The notes under the pieces are model-generated. The model ran no database searches. It saw only the letters and a program-made list of their open reading frames with translations, and was not told where the DNA came from. Below are positions 34,805-44,426 of a stretch of 62,853 bases of DNA, piece by piece (position 1 is the stretch's first letter; each line of letters begins with the position of its first letter). The stretch is taken from IMG/VR virus record IMGVR_UViG_3300010338_001863; one strand, written 5' to 3'. The stretch is from an uncultured virus (IMG/VR IMGVR_UViG_3300010338_001863). Taxonomy: Duplodnaviria > Heunggongvirae > Uroviricota > Caudoviricetes. The position numbers and the translations under genes were made by a program.

Positions 34805-37800
34805 ATGTTTAAGAAGATATCATCTGCGTCAAATTTCGGTGTAATAGAAATAGAGAATTCTAAAGAATTAATATCTGTTACTTCAAATAATAAGGTTGTT
34901 TCTTTTAAATATGACCCAGAAAATTTTGTATATTTTAGATGTAGAGCAATAACCGCAGATGTTCCGAATGCCAACGCTGATTACTTTCCAGAAGAAGAGA
35001 TTAAAAAATCATATAAAACTTTTATAGGTGTGGGTTTATATAAAGATCATAATGCCGATTCTGTTAGTAAAGCTATAGGTAAAATTTTGTGGGCTGAGTA
35101 TATTCCTGAAGGTAAATATGTCGAATTAATAGGATGTATTGATAAAAAATTGGACCCAGATACTGCTAGAAGAGTAACTAGTGGGATAATAGATTCGTGT
35201 AGTATGGGATGCTCTGTTACTCAGAGTGTATGCTCTATTTGCGGGAATGTAGCATATTCTCCTAAAGAATATTGTGAACACATTAATCCTATAAATGGGA
35301 TGAAAGGTAGAATACTTGCTGATGGGAAAATGGTTTATGAAATAAATAAGGGTATTCAATTTACAGAACTTTCCTTAGTTACCAGCCCAGCTGATAAAAC
35401 AGCGAGATTGTTTGAGGTTGTCGCTAGTGCTAAAAAAAACAATGATTCTAATAAAAAACCTGGAATGATTCTAAGTGTTGATGAGTTCTTTGAAAATTCT
35501 AAAAAAATATCGACATTTGATAAAGCTATAGAATTATATCAAAAAATTAAGGATAATGCATATGGGGTTGTCTCCCCAGTAAGTAGTGATTATATACTTG
35601 ATGACAAAAAGAAACAAGCTATTTCCAAAATGCTACAATTTTTTTTCGCTTTAAATCATCCTATTTATAAATTAGCATTCCATTATAGGAATCTCACTGA
35701 ATCAGAGGTTTTAAAAAATTTTGGAGATAAAATAGATAGTGCCCTTAAGAATATAATATTAGGGAATTTATCTGCTGATATGGAAAAAGATAAACAAAAG
35801 GATGAAGATAATTTTGAAAGTACATTTTCGAATGAATTCCAGATAGCTGTTTCAATATTAAATGCCAATGGAATATTTTCTCCATTTCCAGTTACGTCTG
35901 ATAAGAGAAGATTATTTTTAAGATTTGCTAATTATGCTAGTCCAAATCAGCATTTTTATTTTTATAAAAATTATTTAAGAAATGGGCTGTTTGTTACGTT
36001 GCCTGGATTAATGCCATATATAAGAGAATGTTATAATATGCTATATATAAAAAATGATACTTCTGAGCAGATATTTAATATGTTGGAAAATTTGAATAGG
36101 CATTACTATTCGTTAAAATCTATTGAGAATAAAAATTGGGTAAACAATGAAATGATCCATAAAAAAATTGAAACTATCTATAACGAATTAGATAAATATT
36201 TTTCAGAAATTGGATATGATAAAGAAACCAAATTCGATTCTAATTATATAAAAAATATGGTTTTGTCTGAATATTCAGGGTTCCCTAAAATGTGCGTAAA
36301 CAGTAAGAGAATATTTTATAAGAGAGAAGTGTCGCTTAAAAATATATTAGATTTTGTGGCAAAATTTAAAGTGCTATTAGCTTCGGATAGATTTTCTAAT
36401 ATTTGGGACAATTCGGATTTTAATGCTATTTCCGGCCAATTTGATAATCTAGAAAAGGAATATATATTTAATTTCGGAATGAGAAATATCAAAGATGAAA
36501 AATTAAAAAAATTTTATGATGATATAAGAAATATGATGTTTAAAAAATCAAGAGATATTAGTATAGAAAAAATTAAGAGTTTTTTGCCAACTAATTTTGG
36601 AATAAGTCTGAATTTTGAGGATATTAATTATAGTTTATTAGCTGATTCCGTAATAAATGTAGATTTTTTGGGATTATTGAATTATTCTAGATATTATAAT
36701 AGAATAAATGATATATTACTTGAAGAAGATACAGAAAAAATACAAGAGGTAAAAAGTGAAGATAAGAGATCTCCTATCCCAAGATTGAATACTATTCATA
36801 CTTTTCTTTCTGGGATTGGTAATAAAAAAGAGTATGAAAATGAGATATTAAGGTCAACTATTGAGGCAATAAAATCTGATGTAGAAAAATATTATATAGA
36901 TGTAGAAAATGCTGTTTGGATGTCCCCAATAGAGAAAAAATATAAAGAACCCAAAATACAAGACAAAAAAAGTATAATTAAAGAGTTAATTAAAGAACAG
37001 TTAAGAAAAATGTCTGATAAAAATACTGTTTCTTTTAATATTGGTATAATGAAAAATATTTATGATATATTGAAAAATAATGAGAAAGAGATAGATAGGG
37101 ATATTGTAGAGAATATAATAGAAGATGTTTTAAATGTTGGGGGAAAAACTATTAGAATGTATTATCTTAATAAACGAAAGGCTTTGGATGGAGCAAAAGA
37201 AAGTCTTTCGAGTATATCTAATAATATTAATAATATAATTAGAGAACGTAAGAATAATACTGATGCTATTAAAAAACTTCTTTTCAATATTTCTGAAATT
37301 AATGGATATGAATCTTTCTTAAAAAATATAATTTCCGATTTAGATGTTAGAGAAAACTATTTAGGATATCCAACTGATTTTGTGGAATGGCTTAACAAAT
37401 ATGATATTGGATTTGGGGCCAAATCTAAATCTTATAAAGTTATTATTGATAAATGCGATGATATTCTTAAGGATATGTTATATTCAACATATAATGCCAT
37501 TGCATATTTGTCAAAAATATCTGGGGAAAAAGCTCCAGACACTACGAATCGTGTAATAAATGGATCTAATATTTTGGATAGAATAATATTTGTTGGGAAA
37601 AAAATACATGAGATGTATGAATGGGCTTCTAATATATCAGAGAAATTTTTGGCTAACACTAAAAAACAGGAAAGTAGTGTGAATTTAGACCAGATTATGT
37701 ATTATTATACAAAATTATATGATGCTTTATCTAAGTCTATTCCTAAAGACATAGGATCTTTCGATAACCAAAAAATGGTAGTAATAAAAAATGAATTAAA

Positions 37801-38305
37801 TAAAATATACGAAGATATAAACAAAAACAAAAAACATATTGAAGTTAAGGTAGATAATACGTTAGAAAAAAGGCGTTTTAATGATTTCTTGCGTCTTTTT
37901 GTTGAAAATATCGTTAAATCTGTTTCTCCTATTGCTAAATATTTTGGAGATATAAGTATTGTGTTAGAAAAATTCAAGAAAATGCTTATTGAATTGGACA
38001 ACGATTTGGACAAGAAATCGAGTTTATATTTAAAAAAAGATAGATATATAGAAGGTAGTTTAAAGTTCTTTTATGTTAAAGGAGAAGGTTTTAGAAGTTC
38101 TAAAATTATTTGTAAGCAAGGAAATAAGTCGGTTAGGACTTCTTTATTTAATGTTTTACCTACTGATGTTATGCTCGATATTGTTGATAATAAAGATACC
38201 AGGTTTTCTCCAGAAGACTTAGTTAATTTATTAAAAAATAAATTTTCTTCAATTGAAGAGTTCTCTCAGTGGGTAAAAAGAAATTTTAAAAACAGGAGGA
38301 AATAA
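34805..38305 (+). CDS. prohead (capsid maturation) protease with ~950-aa C-terminal extension
   Basis: N-terminal ~210 aa contain PNANAD.F, KDHN, AIGKI, SMGCSV, CSICGN..YCEH and ELSLV..PAD; located upstream of scaffold and capsid. Confidence 0.8.
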   Translation: MFKKISSASNFGVIEIENSKELISVTSNNKVVSFKYDPENFVYFRCRAITADVPNANADYFPEEEIKKSYKTFIGVGLYKDHNADSVSKAIGKILWAEYIPEGKYVELIGCIDKKLDPDTARRVTSGIIDSCSMGCSVTQSVCSICGNVAYSPKEYCEHINPINGMKGRILADGKMVYEINKGIQFTELSLVTSPADKTARLFEVVASAKKNNDSNKKPGMILSVDEFFENSKKISTFDKAIELYQKIKDNAYGVVSPVSSDYILDDKKKQAISKMLQFFFALNHPIYKLAFHYRNLTESEVLKNFGDKIDSALKNIILGNLSADMEKDKQKDEDNFESTFSNEFQIAVSILNANGIFSPFPVTSDKRRLFLRFANYASPNQHFYFYKNYLRNGLFVTLPGLMPYIRECYNMLYIKNDTSEQIFNMLENLNRHYYSLKSIENKNWVNNEMIHKKIETIYNELDKYFSEIGYDKETKFDSNYIKNMVLSEYSGFPKMCVNSKRIFYKREVSLKNILDFVAKFKVLLASDRFSNIWDNSDFNAISGQFDNLEKEYIFNFGMRNIKDEKLKKFYDDIRNMMFKKSRDISIEKIKSFLPTNFGISLNFEDINYSLLADSVINVDFLGLLNYSRYYNRINDILLEEDTEKIQEVKSEDKRSPIPRLNTIHTFLSGIGNKKEYENEILRSTIEAIKSDVEKYYIDVENAVWMSPIEKKYKEPKIQDKKSIIKELIKEQLRKMSDKNTVSFNIGIMKNIYDILKNNEKEIDRDIVENIIEDVLNVGGKTIRMYYLNKRKALDGAKESLSSISNNINNIIRERKNNTDAIKKLLFNISEINGYESFLKNIISDLDVRENYLGYPTDFVEWLNKYDIGFGAKSKSYKVIIDKCDDILKDMLYSTYNAIAYLSKISGEKAPDTTNRVINGSNILDRIIFVGKKIHEMYEWASNISEKFLANTKKQESSVNLDQIMYYYTKLYDALSKSIPKDIGSFDNQKMVVIKNELNKIYEDINKNKKHIEVKVDNTLEKRRFNDFLRLFVENIVKSVSPIAKYFGDISIVLEKFKKMLIELDNDLDKKSSLYLKKDRYIEGSLKFFYVKGEGFRSSKIICKQGNKSVRTSLFNVLPTDVMLDIVDNKDTRFSPEDLVNLLKNKFSSIEEFSQWVKRNFKNRRK

Positions 38306-39483
38306 TGGCTAAAAAAGGTAAAGATCTTGAGAAGACTGAAGAAGTATTGGAAGAAGAAAAAGATAACTCTCTAGATCTTCTTGAAGAGCCTTCTGATGAA
38401 GATGTTGAAATGTCTGATTTAGAAGATCTTGAAGATATAGAGGAATCTGATTCTGAGATTTCAGTCGATTCAGAGAATGATTCTGTTGTACCTTTAGAGT
38501 CTGAAGAAGAAGAATCTAAAGAAGAAGACGAAAAAAGTGATAAAAAAGAAGAAAAAGATGAGGAAGATGATGATGAAGAGGTAGAGGAGGAAAGTGTTGA
38601 TAAAATTGACGATGAAGAGCTTAAAAAAGTTAAAGAAGCTTTCATGTCTATGATCAATTCTTTATCTAAAAAGGTTTCTAAAACTCAAAAAACTGAAAAA
38701 ATAGACGCTCCTGTAGATGAAAAAACGTCTACTAAAGGCGCCGAACAGCCTAAAGCTGATGATGGCATAGAGAGTGAGAAAGAGGTAAAAACTCATGTCA
38801 AATCTAATGCCAAAATTAAATTAGAGAAAAAAGCTATGGATGGAGATTCGTGGGCTATAAATCCTAAAGAACTTGAAAAAGCGGAAAAAGCTCCTAAAGC
38901 TAAAAGAGCTGTTCCTTCTAACTTTACCGCTAATGACAAAGAAATCAATAGCGAAGAAGTTGATATAGAAGGGAGCAATTCTGCATCTTCTAAGGCAATA
39001 AAAGATGTATATAATAAATTGGGTCCAGTTGGAGATGAGGTCCCTATGTCTTTTGATAAGAAGTCTTATTTAAGCAAAGATATCCAAATGCTTAAAGAAG
39101 CTCTTAGACAGAGTGAAGCTGAAAAAGCCAATATACTTAGAAAGCAGGCAGAGTTGGAAGAAAGGCTTAGGATAAAAGAGGTTTCTGATAAGATATTCGA
39201 AGTGGTTTCTTATATGAAAAATAAGAATCTTATTACTCCTGGGTATGAGGAAGATGTTGTGGATGTCTTATCTACCAAATTTGCTAGTGTGGAAATGCTT
39301 GAATCTTTAAAAAAGATGGCCTCTTTCTTAAACGCAGGTGCAATAAATAAAACTGCAAGTGAAATAGAACATGAAGAAGGAGTTGTTCCGCAGTTAGAAC
39401 TTGAAACCCCTAAAATACCGGTTTCTGAAGATGTTGCGGTAAAACTCGCAAAAATATGGAAAAATAAAACTCAAAATGGTTAA
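38305..39483 (+). CDS. putative scaffolding protein
   Basis: Highly acidic N-terminus plus coiled coil; between protease and capsid genes. Confidence 0.65.
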   Translation: MAKKGKDLEKTEEVLEEEKDNSLDLLEEPSDEDVEMSDLEDLEDIEESDSEISVDSENDSVVPLESEEEESKEEDEKSDKKEEKDEEDDDEEVEEESVDKIDDEELKKVKEAFMSMINSLSKKVSKTQKTEKIDAPVDEKTSTKGAEQPKADDGIESEKEVKTHVKSNAKIKLEKKAMDGDSWAINPKELEKAEKAPKAKRAVPSNFTANDKEINSEEVDIEGSNSASSKAIKDVYNKLGPVGDEVPMSFDKKSYLSKDIQMLKEALRQSEAEKANILRKQAELEERLRIKEVSDKIFEVVSYMKNKNLITPGYEEDVVDVLSTKFASVEMLESLKKMASFLNAGAINKTASEIEHEEGVVPQLELETPKIPVSEDVAVKLAKIWKNKTQNG

Positions 39484-39493
39484 GGAGGAATAA

Positions 39494-40000
39494 ATGTTGG
39501 AGACTATATATGTGAATTCTGAAGATTCTCTTACTAGGGTAAAAGCTGGTGAGAAAATATATGCCGGACAGCCGGTTTCTCTTGATTCAAATGGAGAACT
39601 CGTCCCGGCTACTGCGTCAAGCAAAGTTTATGGACTTGCAAAGCTTGATGCTGCTGATCCGTATAAAAACGTAGCATACGGAGAAGTTGGAGCTTACGGA
39701 ACTGGAAGACTTTCTGTTATAACTGATGGTCTTGTAAAAGTAAGCGCTACCGTTAGCGGAAACATTGAGGTAACCCCTGAGGGTCCCCTTGCTTCTGTTG
39801 TCACTCAGAAAATATTTGACGATACCAAAGCATATGATGTCGGAGACGTGCTTTATGTGGATGCAAATGGTTTGATAACAAATGTTCCTTCCGATAAGAA
39901 ATCTATATTTGGTAGAGTTAAAAAATTTTATGCTACAGAGAAGATACTTGAAATAGTGGTTTCACCGACTGTAGCAAATGAAGCTACGCAATTAGCTTAA
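39494..40000 (+). CDS. putative capsid decoration/cement protein
   Basis: IYAGQPVSLDSNG...YDVGDVLYVDANGLIT beta-rich pattern; directly before the MCP; strong RBS. Confidence 0.65.
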   Translation: MLETIYVNSEDSLTRVKAGEKIYAGQPVSLDSNGELVPATASSKVYGLAKLDAADPYKNVAYGEVGAYGTGRLSVITDGLVKVSATVSGNIEVTPEGPLASVVTQKIFDDTKAYDVGDVLYVDANGLITNVPSDKKSIFGRVKKFYATEKILEIVVSPTVANEATQLA

Positions 40001-40015
40001 TAAATGGAGGAACAA

Positions 40016-40984
40016 ATGACGAACAAAGATAAAGATCTTCTTATAAAAAATATAATGGAGTTGGTCCAGAAAAATGGTGGAGCTCTTGGAAACTTCTCTA
40101 AAATCGCTTCTGTTACCGAAGTTGGAAATATAAGCGATGAAGAGATTAACAAGCAGTTTGACCAAGTTTTTTATGGACCTAATGGTTTGCAGAAGGTAGC
40201 ATATGCTATGCAAGCCCCGCTCAAGATATTGCTTGACTATCATGGAATAGGTAGAAGGCTTTTAAAAATAGACTCTATACCTCAAGGTGAAATACCGGTC
40301 TATGATAAAGATATCGATGAGTTTGCGTCTGTTAAGGTTGCTAACCTTGGTAGACCGCCAGTGGTAGAAACTTCTGTCAAAAGGATATTATTCCCTACGA
40401 TGAACCTTATGAGACTTGCTAAAGTTTCGTATGAAGATATCGAGGTAAGAAGATATCCTGTGTTCGACAGAGCGAAAGAAAGGGTTGCGATAGCGATGGC
40501 GATAGCTGAAGATAGAGAAATATTCAACCTGCTTGGAGTAGCAGCTAACGTTGGACCTAACCCACAAATCCTTCTTTCTTCTCTTGGTGGAAAACTTGGA
40601 AGAGTTGCGTTTGCAAAGGCTTTCGGAGTTATAGCTGGAAGACAGTTGCAGCCTGCTCAGGTTGTAATGTCACCGGCTAAATACGCTGACTTGCTTGCTC
40701 TTGGCTCGGATGAAATAGACCAGGCTACCTTAAATCAGACGACTCAGACTGGTTCGCTTGGTGTATTTATGGGATTACAGTTGCTCGTTTCTACGAAGCT
40801 TCCTGATCCGACCAAAATATATGTAACGACGACTCCCGATAAACTCGGAAGAATACCGTTGAGAAAAGAGCTTCAGGTCAAAATAAATGACTTCCCGATA
40901 TATGGCGCATACTATGTTCTTGGATGGGAGCTCATTGGTTTCGGTATACATAACACTTACGGAATAGTTGAAATAGCTCAATAA
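40016..40984 (+). CDS. major capsid protein (HK97-like fold)
   Basis: About 320 aa; Y.GIGRRLL, R.PVFDRA, AEDREIF and WELIGFGI motifs; higher-GC codon usage; followed by a terminator; GGAGG favours ATG 40016 over 40004. Confidence 0.85.
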   Translation: MTNKDKDLLIKNIMELVQKNGGALGNFSKIASVTEVGNISDEEINKQFDQVFYGPNGLQKVAYAMQAPLKILLDYHGIGRRLLKIDSIPQGEIPVYDKDIDEFASVKVANLGRPPVVETSVKRILFPTMNLMRLAKVSYEDIEVRRYPVFDRAKERVAIAMAIAEDREIFNLLGVAANVGPNPQILLSSLGGKLGRVAFAKAFGVIAGRQLQPAQVVMSPAKYADLLALGSDEIDQATLNQTTQTGSLGVFMGLQLLVSTKLPDPTKIYVTTTPDKLGRIPLRKELQVKINDFPIYGAYYVLGWELIGFGIHNTYGIVEIAQ

Positions 40985-40999
40985 GTGTTTTCTAAATTC

Positions 41000-41029
41000 G
41001 GGGCCATCTTTATGGTGGCCCCAATTTTT
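41000..41029 (+). terminator. rho-independent terminator
   Basis: GGGGCCATC/GGTGGCCCC stem plus T-run after the MCP gene. Confidence 0.8.
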
Positions 41030-41059
41030 ATTATATAAGAAAATGAATGGAGGAAAAAA

Positions 41060-41797
41060 ATGAAGATCAAAAATGAATCCAAATATATATTAATAATAGG
41101 AAACATATCCTTAAATCCTAATCAAGTAATAGATTTCCCTGATTCCATGAAAAACGACGTTTCTTTAGTGGAATTTATAAATAAAAAATATATTAAGGTT
41201 TTAACTAATAAAGAGGTTAAAAATATAATTGCTCCACCCAAGCCTAAATATGTTGTTGGAGAAGAGGATAGTAAGAAGGTTAAGAAGGGGAATATTGAAT
41301 ATGTTGTTTCTGGGGTTACTGAGAGACTTGGAGATAATGTAGATAACGTAGATGGTGGAATAGGTACCGAAGAAGACGAAGTCGCTAAATTATTGCAAAA
41401 AGAAATAGAAGGGGAAGAGTTGGTTGATGTTGATGGCAATAATATAGCTGATGGGGAAGATAAAATAATGAATAAAGCTTTGGATGCTGAAGCTGAAATT
41501 TCTGAAGATTTAGCTAGAACAATTAAATCTAATGGAGATTTTGGCGGAGAAGATGTCCCTGTTACAGAAATAATAAATGAGAATATAAAAAATGCTCAAA
41601 AAGATATAAATGAATCTTTAAATGTTACGGCTATTCCTAAGGAAATTAAAAATTTTGAGAAACAACCTATGCATAAAAAAAGATTAGAGATAAGTAAGAG
41701 TAACGATGAAAAGTTTTTAAATACTCTTGCTTCTTCTAGCAATAATGAGGTTATTAAAAAATTAGCTCTTGATAGAATAAAGGAAATAAAAAAATGA
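41060..41797 (+). CDS. hypothetical protein
   Basis: 245 aa, GGAGG RBS. Confidence 0.75.
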   Translation: MKIKNESKYILIIGNISLNPNQVIDFPDSMKNDVSLVEFINKKYIKVLTNKEVKNIIAPPKPKYVVGEEDSKKVKKGNIEYVVSGVTERLGDNVDNVDGGIGTEEDEVAKLLQKEIEGEELVDVDGNNIADGEDKIMNKALDAEAEISEDLARTIKSNGDFGGEDVPVTEIINENIKNAQKDINESLNVTAIPKEIKNFEKQPMHKKRLEISKSNDEKFLNTLASSSNNEVIKKLALDRIKEIKK

Positions 41798-42198
41798 CAA
41801 ATCTTAGAGTATACAGGCAAAATTCTCTTAGGACAATATTGGTTTGGGACGTTGATCAAGAGATGGATCAAATAAACGTCTTTAAAGATGACGTCCCAAT
41901 AAGATTTGAAAAGTTTATCCCGCCATCTGATAAATTTAAGAAAAAAACAGATGGCATACTTATATATCATAAAGAAAATGAGATTAATCCATTTGAAGAT
42001 TTTATTCTTAAAATAGAATTTTTATCTAATGGCAAATTGGTTTCTATAGATAAAGAAATTTTTGCCCTTAGTACTATAAAAAAAGAAATGGAATCCTCTG
42101 ATTCTAAAATTATATACATATATGGATATGATTATGATAAAAAGAAATGGGTTCCATTCCCAGTTAATCCTCTTTTAAAAGAGGTAAAAAATGGTTAA
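41794..42198 (+). CDS. hypothetical virion protein
   Basis: 134 aa, ATGA overlap. Confidence 0.7.
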   Translation: MTNLRVYRQNSLRTILVWDVDQEMDQINVFKDDVPIRFEKFIPPSDKFKKKTDGILIYHKENEINPFEDFILKIEFLSNGKLVSIDKEIFALSTIKKEMESSDSKIIYIYGYDYDKKKWVPFPVNPLLKEVKNG

Positions 42199-42964
42199 TC
42201 CATTGGATTTAAACAATGGGTATATTATTCAATGGACTATTCCAAGAGAGATTAAAGAAAGATCTGATATAGATAGTATTAAAATATATAGGTCTACTTC
42301 TGAAAATTATGGATATTCTCTATTGGAGACTTTAAGTTTTCCTATAGAGAATATTCCTACATCTTATAAAGATTTAACCGGGTCTGTTTCTAATTATTAT
42401 TTAATTACTTTTAATTCCACTACTTCTGGATTTGAAAGTAATTACCATTTAACATTCAAATTTCCAACTCCTTTAGAATTAAGATATATTAGTTGCCTTA
42501 AATCGATGATGCCAAATATTTTAAAAGATAATTTAGGTGGATTTGATGCATTGACTGATAATGATTATTTAGCTGGATTAACTTTAGGGCTTCAATATTT
42601 TAATTCATATCCACCAATTACTGGATATACTTTAGATAATTTCCCTAAAACATATTTATATTTATTATTAGGTATTTCAATGATGTTAATGATAGTAGCT
42701 AGATATTTGCCTATTTCTGTTAGAGACTGGACATATTCTGAGCCAGGCGGAGTTACTTTGGTAGTTGATAGAGGGTCAAAATTCCAGCAAGCTATAGAAT
42801 TAATACAAAAAACTTATGGGCAATATCTGGAAATAATAAAGATGGATTTATCTGTGGATAATGTTGAGGCTTTTGGAACTATACCTCTACCTTTGAGTTT
42901 AGGTGGGGTTATTCCACAGGGTGTTGCTAATATATTGAATATTTTTAACTCTATCGCAAGATAG
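42191..42964 (+). CDS. putative head-tail adaptor/neck protein
   Basis: Fn3-like N-terminus, FNSYPP.T motif, position after the MCP gene. Confidence 0.55.
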   Translation: MVNPLDLNNGYIIQWTIPREIKERSDIDSIKIYRSTSENYGYSLLETLSFPIENIPTSYKDLTGSVSNYYLITFNSTTSGFESNYHLTFKFPTPLELRYISCLKSMMPNILKDNLGGFDALTDNDYLAGLTLGLQYFNSYPPITGYTLDNFPKTYLYLLLGISMMLMIVARYLPISVRDWTYSEPGGVTLVVDRGSKFQQAIELIQKTYGQYLEIIKMDLSVDNVEAFGTIPLPLSLGGVIPQGVANILNIFNSIAR

Positions 42965-42973
42965 TGAGTTTAA

Positions 42974-42990
42974 TTTAAAAAAAAGATAGT
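42974..42990 (+). promoter_or_regulatory. putative late promoter motif, copy 3
   Basis: TTTAAAAAAAAGATAGT, 6 nt before SD-less ATG 42997. Confidence 0.7.
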
Positions 42991-42996
42991 TTTATT

Positions 42997-43362
42997 ATGG
43001 ATAAATATAAAGACATCATAGATTTATTCCACCAGATATCAAAAAAAATAGATAATTTAAATGAAAAAAATTTCTCTGATAAGAAAGAAATAAAAGAAGA
43101 AGTTAAAAAAATAGAGTCTTTGGTTAATCAATTGCAAAAAGATGTATATGGGAATAATATCCATCATGATAATTTTAATGAATGGATCAAAAAACATGAG
43201 GAAGAAAAAGATTTATTGATACAAGAAATTAAGAATATTAAAGAATCAATATTTGAAATAAAAAATAAATTTACCGAATTAGATGTAAGAAGCGGAGTAA
43301 TTGGAAGCTTGACCGCTGTTCTTACTACTATAATAGCTTTTTTGAGTAGAGGTAAACCATGA
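42997..43362 (+). CDS. coiled-coil protein with C-terminal membrane anchor
   Basis: Hydrophobic C-terminus GVIGSLTAVLTTIIAFL. Confidence 0.65.
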   Translation: MDKYKDIIDLFHQISKKIDNLNEKNFSDKKEIKEEVKKIESLVNQLQKDVYGNNIHHDNFNEWIKKHEEEKDLLIQEIKNIKESIFEIKNKFTELDVRSGVIGSLTAVLTTIIAFLSRGKP

Positions 43363-43742
43363 GATATTTTATAAAAGAATCAAAATTAGATGGGATTAAG
43401 CCATTAGATGAGTTAGAAAAACAACGACAGGAAACTGTTAAAAAAGAATTAGAAGAAAAAGTCAACAATATCCATACTCAGATGGTCCCTCAAGAAGAAT
43501 TTTTCCAAGAAGAATCTTTTGATGTTGAGAATTATAATGATGGGTTAAAAAAAGGAGCCAAATTTTTATTAGATGCTCATTTAAATTTAGAAAAAGCTTT
43601 TGTTGAATTAAAAAAAGTTATGGTGGATATTGATAACCAAAATTTGATGGATTCCAATTTGAGAAAAATAATATTTAAATTAATGAAAATTAGCGGTATA
43701 ATAAAGAAAACAAGTGATAAATTGATGGGCATTAAAAAATGA
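43359..43742 (+). CDS. hypothetical protein
   Basis: 127 aa, ATGA overlap. Confidence 0.7.
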   Translation: MRYFIKESKLDGIKPLDELEKQRQETVKKELEEKVNNIHTQMVPQEEFFQEESFDVENYNDGLKKGAKFLLDAHLNLEKAFVELKKVMVDIDNQNLMDSNLRKIIFKLMKISGIIKKTSDKLMGIKK

Positions 43743-44425
43743 ATAAAAATCAAATAAAAGAATACTTAAGAAGATTATTTAGGTCTAGGATGAATGAAGA
43801 AATAGGGAATTTAGAATCTAAAAAAATAAGTCCTAACCCAGAATCTACAAGAGTTGAGTATAAAGGTGTGAGTGGAGATATAGCAAAACAAAAAGCTAAA
43901 GAAAAAGTTATAAAAGAAATATCTGATATATTACAAGAAATATATATCACCTCTGCTACTAAAAAACCCCAAACATTTAAAAGAGTAAAATATAAAACCC
44001 CTAAAATAAGAAAAGCTCCGAGAAGTCCTAAAGGATACAAAAGAAAAGTATATGTCCCAGTTAAAATTTACAGTTCTACCAAAAGAGAAATATATAAAAC
44101 GGCTGATTTTTTTGATCAAGATTCTTTATATTTAAATGATTGGAAAGATTTATTTGACACATTAAAAAAATATGATTATATGGCTACAATAAAAATAAAA
44201 TGGGATAATTATACTCCAGATCCTACTTGTAGAGTGTGCGCGGAATTACATGGTCAAGAGATTGATTTGGAAAATTTTTGGGGTGGAAAATGGGGAATAT
44301 CTCATTCAAAATGTGATTGTTTAATAAGACCTATTGTTTATTTTAAAAACAAAAGGTATGTGTATTCAATTGAAGATGGTATTAGTATTAAAAATAAATT
44401 TATTAACATAGTCGGAGGGAAATAG
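43739..44425 (+). CDS. protein with MuF/SPP1 gp7-like Cys/His motif
   Basis: TCRVCAELHG...SHSKCDC. Confidence 0.5.
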   Translation: MNKNQIKEYLRRLFRSRMNEEIGNLESKKISPNPESTRVEYKGVSGDIAKQKAKEKVIKEISDILQEIYITSATKKPQTFKRVKYKTPKIRKAPRSPKGYKRKVYVPVKIYSSTKREIYKTADFFDQDSLYLNDWKDLFDTLKKYDYMATIKIKWDNYTPDPTCRVCAELHGQEIDLENFWGGKWGISHSKCDCLIRPIVYFKNKRYVYSIEDGISIKNKFINIVGGK

Positions 44426-44426
44426 A

